The position numbers and the translations under genes were made by a program. Shown here piece by piece: positions 33,397 to 40,986 of a stretch of 42,267 bases of DNA. The DNA comes from a virus (Duplodnaviria > Heunggongvirae > Uroviricota > Caudoviricetes), in the IMG/VR virus record IMGVR_UViG_2541047816_000004, positions 1 through 42,267 of that record. One strand, 5' to 3'. The stretch's first letter is position 1. Each line of letters starts with the position of its first letter. Under the pieces are notes generated by a model that was not told the DNA's origin, made no database searches, and worked only from the letters and a program-made list of their open reading frames with translations.

Positions 33397-33592
33397 TTAT
33401 GTATTCAGAGTTCCTGTTAAGGATACTGCTCAATTCAATGAAGAATAACAAATGCATCTGGCACCTGCTATGTCCGCTTCTGGCACAAAGCGGACAACCA
33501 CGCCAGATCTACCCTGTGCCATGAAAAATGAGAATGTCAATTCACTCCTGAACTAATGCTTTTTAATCTAGTAACGTCTAAAATACCTAACA

Positions 33593-33994
33593 TTATCCCT
33601 GATAAAATGCCAGTATGCGCTGCATAACTTCACTCATCCGGCACTCGCGACAGATTATGTTTAGGCGACTGTCGTAGCGACGTATTTCTCCATCAGGTAA
33701 CGACCAGATAAGGTCCGGATCAACCACAGCTGTTTTCTTCACCTTTGCCCTCGATAGTTTTTTGCGGGCGTTTTGCCAGTCCTTACGCGCCTGTTCAGAC
33801 GGGAATAACCCGTAGCCGGAGTTGTATACATCGCCACTGGCTACCAGCTCTCTGGCAAGAACGCTCATCAGATATCTAGTCGCACCTGTTTTAGCTTCCA
33901 GTTGCCGTAACGTCTCACGACCGCTCTGGCGCACGAGTTCCACCACCTGCCCTTTAATTTTTTCCCGCTCTTCTTGTGTAAAAACTTTTGCCAC
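33593..33994 (-). CDS. Hypothetical protein, possible winged-helix DNA-binding
   Basis: 133-aa ORF between replication gene and NUDIX cassette. Confidence 0.4.
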   Translation of the reverse strand: MAKVFTQEEREKIKGQVVELVRQSGRETLRQLEAKTGATRYLMSVLARELVASGDVYNSGYGLFPSEQARKDWQNARKKLSRAKVKKTAVVDPDLIWSLPDGEIRRYDSRLNIICRECRMSEVMQRILAFYQG

Positions 33995-34034
33995 AAGTCC
34001 CCCTTAAAATTACCTCATGACCTGAAATCAAAAC

Positions 34035-35000
34035 TTATCCTCTGAAACCAGGCGGAATTTCTGTATCCGGTTCAGAAATATGATTCACACAACGCTGTAC
34101 AGGTGAACGTCCCAGGCGGATGACCAGTTCGTCCCATTTTTCGCGGAGTTTTGACGGGCTCATGATGTTTTTTACCCAGAATGGATCCCGCTGTACCCGA
34201 CCAAACATTTCGCAAATTTGTCTGTGGCTTCTGCCATCCAGCATCCGCATTGTGCGCACGTCATTGGCCCAGGCTGTCCAGTTAGGCTCTTTTGGTCGCA
34301 TGATCTCTCCATCGTCGCTGGCAGCCTGTTCGTAAAGGTTCACGATCCGCCCCCAAATCCACTGCGCACACGCCAAATCCTCCCTGCTACCCCACTGGCG
34401 TTTTTTCACACTAAACACAACCGCGTCGGGGTTCCGGGTTAAAAAATCCTGTTCAGTCGTCTGCGGGTCCGGTTGCGAAGCTTCCGGACGAAAAGTGTTT
34501 TTATTCTCTGTAGTAATCTCTGTTGTATTCTCTGTAAGATCATCAGGCCATTTTGACCCGATGACATTGGGTCGTTTTGAACCAATGGAGCGTTTCATTT
34601 TGACCTCTTCCATCGTGTCATTTTGACCTGATGGAGCGGCGCATTTTGAACCGATGGATTCGTTCAATTTGCCACCATCTAAAAGCTCGCTCCCATAGTT
34701 GATCGTGTAGAAATTGGTCATATCGCGCTTTGATTTATTGAGCTTTTCACAACGCAAAAGCCCCTGCGTTTTCAGACTTGCAAACGCGCGTTTTAACGTT
34801 GACTCTGACCAGAATGGGAACTGTTCCAGCCATTGTTCCGTTGTGTTATAAATCCAGCGAACACCATCACATTCCATACCGGAGTTGGTATCTCTCAACC
34901 AGTAGTGCAGTTGTTGCAAAACAATGGCTTCGTTTAAGCCGATTTTCATTGCCAGCTGCGTGTTTATAACCAGTGGGCGTTCAGCAAAAAGAAGACTCAT
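34035..35000 (-). CDS. Replication initiator (O-like replisome-organiser N-terminus, iteron-encoded linker, DnaT-like C-terminus)
   Basis: N-terminal LVINTQLAMKIGLNEAIVLQQLHYW; internal IGSK repeats; C-terminal ...HISEPDTEIPPGFRG resembles DnaT C-terminus as recalled. Confidence 0.7.
   Translation of the reverse strand: MSLLFAERPLVINTQLAMKIGLNEAIVLQQLHYWLRDTNSGMECDGVRWIYNTTEQWLEQFPFWSESTLKRAFASLKTQGLLRCEKLNKSKRDMTNFYTINYGSELLDGGKLNESIGSKCAAPSGQNDTMEEVKMKRSIGSKRPNVIGSKWPDDLTENTTEITTENKNTFRPEASQPDPQTTEQDFLTRNPDAVVFSVKKRQWGSREDLACAQWIWGRIVNLYEQAASDDGEIMRPKEPNWTAWANDVRTMRMLDGRSHRQICEMFGRVQRDPFWVKNIMSPSKLREKWDELVIRLGRSPVQRCVNHISEPDTEIPPGFRG
34549..34685. repeat. Origin iterons (5-6 copies of a ~20-bp ATTTTGA(A/C)C-NGATGGA unit) with adjacent AT-rich region
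   Basis: Direct repeats read from the sequence inside the initiator gene, followed by AT-rich 34495-34545. Confidence 0.7.
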
Positions 35001-35490
35001 AATTCCATCCAGCTTTTTGTTGGTATTGCTGTCGATACGCAAGCTTGAAAGCAATTGCTTTTTCTATAAGTTCGTCAGTTTCACGATCTACAACGGCAGG
35101 ATCTGCAAAAAGCAGTCCAGATTCCACCACATCGCCATATTCTTTATTTAACCCGGCGATCATGTACGTAATACTTTTTTCACGATACAACCTGAAATCA
35201 CTAATCCGGATAGCCTCCATAATTGCAGGCACTAGCGCTGTGAACTTTTCACGCTTATCCCTGGTGTCGATAGCCTTCCAGCGTTCGAATATCTTCACTC
35301 GATTAACGCTAAGCGCTCGCTGATCAACCGCGCCACCTTCATATGTGACACGCTGAACATCGATGTTCGGGCGCTCTTTCAAAGCCCAGAATGCTTCAGT
35401 GATTAATATCGTCGCCTGCTCCTGTGTCATTCCTGGTCGACATATCCAGGCATCCAGAGCCTCACGAGCCTGTTCAGGAGTGATTTTCAT
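34981..35490 (-). CDS. Hypothetical protein in the cII-equivalent position
   Basis: 169-aa ORF immediately downstream of the Cro-like gene. Confidence 0.45.
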   Translation of the reverse strand: MKITPEQAREALDAWICRPGMTQEQATILITEAFWALKERPNIDVQRVTYEGGAVDQRALSVNRVKIFERWKAIDTRDKREKFTALVPAIMEAIRISDFRLYREKSITYMIAGLNKEYGDVVESGLLFADPAVVDRETDELIEKAIAFKLAYRQQYQQKAGWNYESSFC

Positions 35491-35701
35491 TGTTCAACCG
35501 CCCCGTCCGCTTCGTCTTACGATATTCGTCATAAACTTTGGGATCATACTGAAGCTCCCCGCCAGATGCCTCCTGTAGACGCATCGCGCGACCTTCAGGA
35601 ACCAGTATCCCCCAGGCAGCAACACTTGCCAGTCTCACTCCTGCGGCATTGGCAAGCTTTGTTTTGCTGCCAAAAAAAGTAATTGCGTCAACTTTAAGCA
35701 T
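35474..35701 (-). CDS. dicC: DicC-like Cro-type HTH regulator
   Basis: FGSKTKLANAAGVRLASVAAWG...EGRAMRLQEASGGELQYDPKVYDEYRKTKR resembles DicC as recalled; divergent from the repressor. Confidence 0.75.
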   Translation of the reverse strand: MLKVDAITFFGSKTKLANAAGVRLASVAAWGILVPEGRAMRLQEASGGELQYDPKVYDEYRKTKRTGRLNNENHS

Positions 35702-35714
35702 CAAAGCCCCCTCT

Positions 35715-35732
35715 TGTTAGACTTTTCTAACA
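35715..35732. promoter_or_regulatory. Operator palindrome TGTTAGA-CTTT-TCTAACA in the dicC-dicA intergenic region
   Basis: Perfect 7-bp inverted repeat read from the sequence. Confidence 0.6.
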
Positions 35733-35781
35733 TTATTGTGCGCGGGATACCTAAGTCAAGAAAAATTAGAATTACCTAACT

Positions 35782-36189
35782 ATGGATACAAGAACCCTAG
35801 GCCAGCGAGTTCTGGCGCGACGAAAAGAATTACGCTTAACACAACGAGAAGCTGCGCGCCTCGCTGGAGTTGCTCACGTCACAATTTCACAATGGGAAAG
35901 AGACGAAACCCAGCCAGTCGGAAAACGATTGTTTGCTTTAGCGGATGCTCTGAAGTGCTCACCTACATGGCTAATGTTTGGTGATGAAGACAAGGCACCA
36001 GTGCCTGCACAAGAACTTCATGTGGAAACAGAGCTAACTCCCAACCACAAAGAATTGATCGAATTATTCGATGCTCTTCCATCTTCCGAGCAGGAAGCCT
36101 TGCTGTCTGAAATGCGCGCAAGAGTAGAAAACTTCAACAAACTCTTCGAAGAAATGCTTAAAGCGCGTAAAAATAAATCAATAAAATAA
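35782..36189 (+). CDS. dicA: DicA-like XRE-family HTH repressor (no peptidase domain)
   Basis: LRLTQREAARLAGVAHVTISQWERDETQP HTH; C-terminal ...RARVENFNKLFEEMLKARKN resembles DicA as recalled. Confidence 0.8.
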   Translation: MDTRTLGQRVLARRKELRLTQREAARLAGVAHVTISQWERDETQPVGKRLFALADALKCSPTWLMFGDEDKAPVPAQELHVETELTPNHKELIELFDALPSSEQEALLSEMRARVENFNKLFEEMLKARKNKSIK

Positions 36190-36225
36190 CATTCTTTTCA
36201 AGTGATTAGTTGCGCCCACTCTTTT

Positions 36226-36245
36226 TGTTAGACCAACCTAACAAA
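36226..36245. promoter_or_regulatory. Operator palindrome TTGTTAG-ACCAAC-CTAACAA downstream of dicA (plus a weaker copy at ~36262-36278)
   Basis: Perfect 7-bp inverted repeat with the same half-site as the upstream operator. Confidence 0.55.
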
Positions 36246-36357
36246 AAACACTTGCCTCTCATGTTAGGTTATTCTAAATTACTTTCCATCAAGACACCGC
36301 ACGGTGTTCTCAGCAAACAGTTCCGCTACCCCGGCGTTAAGGGGAAATGAGGTCAGC

Positions 36358-36513
36358 ATGGATACTATCGATCTTGGCAACAACGAATCTCTGGTATGAG
36401 GCGTGTTTCCCAACCAAGACGGCACGTTCACCGCGATGACGTATACCAAAAGCAAAACGTTTAAAACCGAAGCTGGCGCGCATCGCTGGCTGGAAAGAAA
36501 TTCAGGTGAGTGA
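36358..36513 (+). pseudogene. ydfA: ydfA-like small ORF (51 codons) interrupted by an in-frame TGA at codon 14
   Basis: MDTIDLGNNESLV-TGA-GVFPNQDGTFTAMTYTKSKTFKTEAGAHRWLERNSGE read in one frame; depends on exact base calls. Confidence 0.4.
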
Positions 36514-36514
36514 T

Positions 36515-36643
36515 ATGGATTTCGACGCAATCATGGAAAAGGCTTACGAAGAATACTTCGAAGGCCTTGCCGAAGGCGAAGAAGCTCTCAGCTTCAGCGA
36601 ATTTAAACAGGCGCTTTCCAGTTCGGCAAAAGCTAACAACTGA
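36515..36643 (+). CDS. ydfB: ydfB-like small protein (42 aa)
   Basis: MDFDAIMEKAYEEYFEGLAEGEEALSFSEFKQALSSSAKANN. Confidence 0.5.
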   Translation: MDFDAIMEKAYEEYFEGLAEGEEALSFSEFKQALSSSAKANN

Positions 36644-36650
36644 GAGGTTT

Positions 36651-36770
36651 ATGATGGAATTGAGAGTTTGTTTCAAACTCTCAATAAACCAGAGGCAGGT
36701 AAGGAGCGTTAAATTATTGCTTGAAAGCAATAAGATCACTCAATCTCACCGCTATAGGCATTCCATCTGA
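36651..36770 (+). CDS. ydfC: ydfC-like small ORF (start uncertain)
   Basis: MMELRVCFKLSINQRQVRSVKLLLESNK...; overlaps the 86-aa track ORF 36510-36770. Confidence 0.35.
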   Translation: MMELRVCFKLSINQRQVRSVKLLLESNKITQSHRYRHSI

Positions 36771-36797
36771 GCATGAGGGTACGCCAGAAAATATCGT

Positions 36798-37268
36798 TTA
36801 TGTGCAAAACACAGTATGGATTTTCGTCGGGAAGGAGTTGCCCTTCCATGGGGAGCAAAATATTAGCAGATACCAGTTTTTTATATCAGAATCATTGCGT
36901 ACAGCATGGATCACAGGATAGTTCCTCGATAATGCCGTAATAAGAATTTTTTTCTGACCCGCAGTCAAGGAATCGATAACTGCATTGATATGACTGATTG
37001 TTTTTTGTTCTCTTGTATTGTTCCGGTGACTTCGCCAGACCTTACGAAGAAATAAAGCTAAACGTTGGAGATTTATAGCCAGCACAAAAGAAAAGGCAAA
37101 AACGAATACCGGGTAAATATAAGGAATGCTGATTTTGTCTTGAACATACTCCGGTACAGAATCAGGCATAAAGAGCAATATCAAAACAAAGATAATAAGC
37201 ATATACATAAGGCGCTCTAAGGGTTCGTTACTGAATAACTTGCTCAACAAGCCGAATACATCAGGCAT
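36798..37268 (-). CDS. Membrane protein encoded antisense within the early-left operon (candidate superinfection-exclusion / abortive-infection protein)
   Basis: 156 aa, two predicted TM helices (MYMLIIFVLILLF..., YIYPVFVFAFSFVLAI); strongly AT-rich. Confidence 0.5.
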   Translation of the reverse strand: MPDVFGLLSKLFSNEPLERLMYMLIIFVLILLFMPDSVPEYVQDKISIPYIYPVFVFAFSFVLAINLQRLALFLRKVWRSHRNNTREQKTISHINAVIDSLTAGQKKILITALSRNYPVIHAVRNDSDIKNWYLLIFCSPWKGNSFPTKIHTVFCT

Positions 37269-37579
37269 ATTAATAACTCTCTACTGTAAGGGTATTAAAA
37301 TGCTATCACAGACTCTCGCTGTAGGGGTATAGCCGAGACCACCGAGCCTGAAGTGGTAAAAAGACAGGCACACAACACGAAAGCGCACGGCGAGGCTGTT
37401 AGTTCATAAATGGTCTGTCGTTAAATTTTCGTCGACCGTGCGCTTCCGGTTGTGGCAATCCGCGAAATGGCGCGGCGGTAAGTATGGCGGGGTTATTCCT
37501 TCCCCGTTGAGGACACCGGGTTGTCAGGTTGACCATACGCTTAAGTGACAACCCCGCTGCAGCGCCCTCTGTTATCAAT

Positions 37580-37632
37580 TTTCTGGTGACGTTTGGCGGT
37601 ATCAGTTTTACTCCGTGACTGCTCTGCCGCCC
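37580..37632 (+). ncRNA. dicF: DicF small RNA
   Basis: tttctggtgacgtttggcggtatcagttttactccgtgactgctctgccgccc followed by TTTTT, matching the 53-nt DicF as recalled. Confidence 0.75.
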
Positions 37633-37811
37633 TTTTTAAAGTGAATTTTGTGATGCGGTGAATGCGGCTGAGCGCACGCGGAACAGTTAAAACCGAAAAC
37701 TGTGTTATGGGTGGATTCTCTGTATCCGGCGTTAATTGTTAACTGGTTAACGTCACCTGGAGGCACCAGGCACCGCATCAACAAAGTTCATTTGTAAAAA
37801 TGGAGATAATT

Positions 37812-38033
37812 ATGATTGCTCATCACTTCGGAACTGATGAGATTCCTCGTCAGTGCGTGACTCCCGGTGATTATGTTATTCATAAAGGAAGAACATATAT
37901 TGCTTCGGTAAACAACATTAAAAAACAACGGCTCTATATTCGTGATTTTTCCACACAACACTGTATTAAGGAAACCATGATTAAAGTCTTCCTTGGTCGT
38001 GATGGTTTACCTGTAAAAGCAGAGTCATGGTGA
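37812..38033 (+). CDS. Hypothetical small protein in the dicB-equivalent position (not DicB-like)
   Basis: GGAG SD before ATG; 73 aa [15 protein letters not shown]... Confidence 0.45.
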   Translation: MIAHHFGTDEIPRQCVTPGDYVIHKGRTYIASVNNIKKQRLYIRDFSTQHCIKETMIKVFLGRDGLPVKAESW

Positions 38034-38156
38034 GCAGTAATAAAATAACTGCCACAATACGACATTCAGCTTAATGAATACATCAGATTTGATTCTTATA
38101 TGCCAGCAATGGCAGGGATTTGTTCACCCTTAAATCTGTAATGAGGTTAAAACAAA

Positions 38157-40631
38157 ATGAGTAAAGTCTTTATTTGCGCCGCCATTCCTGACGAACAGGC
38201 AATTAAGGAAGAAGGTGCAGTTGCTGTAGCCACTGCCATCGAAGCTGGTGACGAACGCCGCGCCCGAGCCAAATTTACCTGGCAATTCCTGGAGCAATAT
38301 CCGGCTGCTCAGGACTGTGCTTATAAATTTCTTGTCTGCGAGGATAAACCCGGCATGGCCCGCCCTGCCCTTGATTCCTGGGATACCGAATATATGCAGG
38401 AAAACCGCTGGGATGAGGGATCGTCTTCCTTTGTCCCGGTCGAACCAGAGCCGAATACAGAAATTGTTAACTTTAATCAGTTATCCGACGACAAACAGGC
38501 CGCTGTTCTCGTTAAGTTTGGCGCACATGAAAACGTCACCGTGGATATGGTCATCAACGCAAGCGGGCTTCTTGGCGATGACGACATGATGACCTTTGAC
38601 GGACACCTCGCAGAGGCAATTATCCGGACTAAAGAAATTAACGCCATGTATCCGGAACGTCAGATTGAATACATCAACGATGCCAGACGTGATTTAAAAC
38701 CAACCGCCAAATGGCCCGACGTTCAGGCATATTTTCTCGACCGTAAAAAACGCATGGAAAAGGAGCGCAAAGAAGGTGGTGCATATGCTTCTGTTGTTGA
38801 TCTTGCCCGTGCCAGCGTCAACCGGCAGAACACTGAAAACTCAGTAGCAAAAATCAACCCTGTCACTACTGCCATTCGTCGCGAATACAAGCAGACATGG
38901 AAAACACTGGATGATGAACTGGCCTATGCTCTGTGGCCTGGGGACATTGATGCCGGAAACATTGACGGCAGCATCCATCGCTGGGCAAAAAATGAAGTTA
39001 TCGACAACGACCGCGAAGACTGGAAGCGTATCTCGGCATCAATGCGCAAACAGCCTGATGCCCTTCGCTACGACCGCCAGACTATTTTTGGCCTTGTCCG
39101 TGAACGTCCGATCGACATTCACAAAGACCCTGTGGCACTGAACAAATACATTACTGAATACCTGACTACAAAGGGCGTGTTTGAAGATGAAGGAACAAAT
39201 CAGAGCGCAACTGATACTCTCTCGTCGCCAGTACCAGAAACTGATGCAGTGGAAACGGCAATTCCGGACAACGAAAAAACCGAATGCAAAGTGGAAATCG
39301 AACCATCTGTAGAGCGTGAGGGGCCGTTCTACTTCCTCTTCACCGACAAGGATGGCGAAAAATACGGTCGCGCAAACAAACTTTCTGGTCTGGATAAGGC
39401 ACTGGCTGCCGGGGCTACTGAAATCACGAAAGAAGAATATTTCGCCCGCAAAAACGGTACATACTCAGGTTCACAACAAAATACTGGTGCATCTGACACG
39501 ACCGCACAACCAGAGCCGGTAAAAGTTACCGCTGACGAAGTAAACAAAATTATGCAGGCAGCCAATATCAGCCAGCCTGACGCCAATCAGCTGCTTGCAG
39601 TATCACGTGGTGAATTTGTTGCAGGGATTAGCGACCCGAACGATCCGAAATGGGTGAAGGGGATTGAAACCCGCGATTCTGTGAACCAGAACCAGCAAGA
39701 AACGGAACAGAACGACCAGAAAGCGGAACAAAACAGCCCAAATGCGTTACAAAACGAGCCAGAAACGAAACAACCTGAGCCAGTAGCGCAACAGGAAGCG
39801 GAAAAAGTCTGCACCGCCTGTGGTCAGACCGGCGGCGGCAACTGCCCTGATTGTGGTGCGGTGATGGGCGACGCAACATACCAGGAAACATTCGATGAAG
39901 AGAATCAGGCTGAAGTTCAGGAAAATGATCCGGAGGAAATGGAAGGCGCTGAACATCCACACAAGGAGAATGCTGGCAGCGCTCAGGACCACGCCAGCGA
40001 TAATGAAACTGGCGAGACGGCAGATTCCTTAATTGCGGTGAACGGTCATCACGTTATCACATCCACCAGCAGAGTGTGGCACCATCTGATGATCGACCTT
40101 GAAACGATGGGAACAAATCCTGATGCGCCAATCAACTCTATTGGCGGTAAATTCTTTGATCCCGAAACCGGAGAGATGGGGCCGGAATTTAGCAAGACCA
40201 TCGATCTGGATACTGCTGGCGGAGTCATTGATCGTGACGTCATTAAATGGTGGCTTAAGCAATCACGCGAGGCGCAATCTGCCATTCTGACCGATGAAAT
40301 CCCGTTAGATGATGCACTACTGCAATTGCGGGAATTTATCGACGAAAACTCCGGTGAATTTTTTGTTCAGGTCTGGGGAAATGGAGCCAACTTCGACAAC
40401 GTGATTTTACGCCGTTCATACGAACGGCAGGGGATCCCCTGCCCGTGGCGTTATTGCAACGATCGCGATGTGCGCACAATCGTTGAGCTGGGAAAAACCC
40501 TGAACTTCGATGCCAGAACGGATATTCCATTCGACGGTGAGCGCCACAATGCACTTGATGACGCCCGTTACCAGGCAAAATACGTTTCAGCTATCTGGCA
40601 AAAACTGATCCCGAGTCAGGCTGATTTTTAA
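38157..40631 (+). CDS. RecE-like protein with C-terminal DEDDh (DnaQ-like) 3'-5' exonuclease domain
   Basis: SRGEFVAGISDPNDPKWVKGIETRD resembles RecE as recalled; C-terminal MIDLETMG, GNGANFDN, HNALDDA exonuclease motifs. Confidence 0.65.
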   Translation: MSKVFICAAIPDEQAIKEEGAVAVATAIEAGDERRARAKFTWQFLEQYPAAQDCAYKFLVCEDKPGMARPALDSWDTEYMQENRWDEGSSSFVPVEPEPNTEIVNFNQLSDDKQAAVLVKFGAHENVTVDMVINASGLLGDDDMMTFDGHLAEAIIRTKEINAMYPERQIEYINDARRDLKPTAKWPDVQAYFLDRKKRMEKERKEGGAYASVVDLARASVNRQNTENSVAKINPVTTAIRREYKQTWKTLDDELAYALWPGDIDAGNIDGSIHRWAKNEVIDNDREDWKRISASMRKQPDALRYDRQTIFGLVRERPIDIHKDPVALNKYITEYLTTKGVFEDEGTNQSATDTLSSPVPETDAVETAIPDNEKTECKVEIEPSVEREGPFYFLFTDKDGEKYGRANKLSGLDKALAAGATEITKEEYFARKNGTYSGSQQNTGASDTTAQPEPVKVTADEVNKIMQAANISQPDANQLLAVSRGEFVAGISDPNDPKWVKGIETRDSVNQNQQETEQNDQKAEQNSPNALQNEPETKQPEPVAQQEAEKVCTACGQTGGGNCPDCGAVMGDATYQETFDEENQAEVQENDPEEMEGAEHPHKENAGSAQDHASDNETGETADSLIAVNGHHVITSTSRVWHHLMIDLETMGTNPDAPINSIGGKFFDPETGEMGPEFSKTIDLDTAGGVIDRDVIKWWLKQSREAQSAILTDEIPLDDALLQLREFIDENSGEFFVQVWGNGANFDNVILRRSYERQGIPCPWRYCNDRDVRTIVELGKTLNFDARTDIPFDGERHNALDDARYQAKYVSAIWQKLIPSQADF

Positions 40632-40700
40632 TGTTCAACCATCGCCGGTTGTAACTGGTATTCTGCAACCGGCGCTCATCTGAAGTAAGAGATAAAAGCA

Positions 40701-40952
40701 ATGAGCGAAGTAGTCATGATTGTCTCTCCCGGTAAATGGGTATCCGAAGAACAGCTAATTGCACTGAAAGGAATAAAAAAGGGAACGCTAAAAAAAGCCA
40801 GGGAAAAATCGTTTATGGAAGGAAGAGAGTATAAGCATGTCGCCCATGACTGTATGCCATGGGATAACAGCCCATGCTTTTACAACCTGGAAGAAATTGA
40901 CCGCTGGATTGAGCGCCAGGCATTAGCAAGACCAAGACGCCATCTTACTTGA
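40701..40952 (+). CDS. xis: Excisionase-like protein
   Basis: 83-aa basic protein immediately upstream of int. Confidence 0.6.
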   Translation: MSEVVMIVSPGKWVSEEQLIALKGIKKGTLKKAREKSFMEGREYKHVAHDCMPWDNSPCFYNLEEIDRWIERQALARPRRHLT

Positions 40953-40986
40953 CTAAAAGCCACACTAACCAATGAGAGAAGCTGAA

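Noticed and set aside
34970-34990. Apparent 1-bp discrepancy between my reading of the sequence and the ORF-track frames at the 169-aa / initiator junction
   Set aside because: Most likely my own indexing error; ORF-track coordinates were used for CDS boundaries, and other hand-derived coordinates may be off by 1-2 bp.
36279-36739. Minus-strand ORFs of 83 and 92 aa opposite ydfA/ydfB
   Set aside because: Antisense to the small-gene operon, which has DicA-type operators upstream; no RBS.
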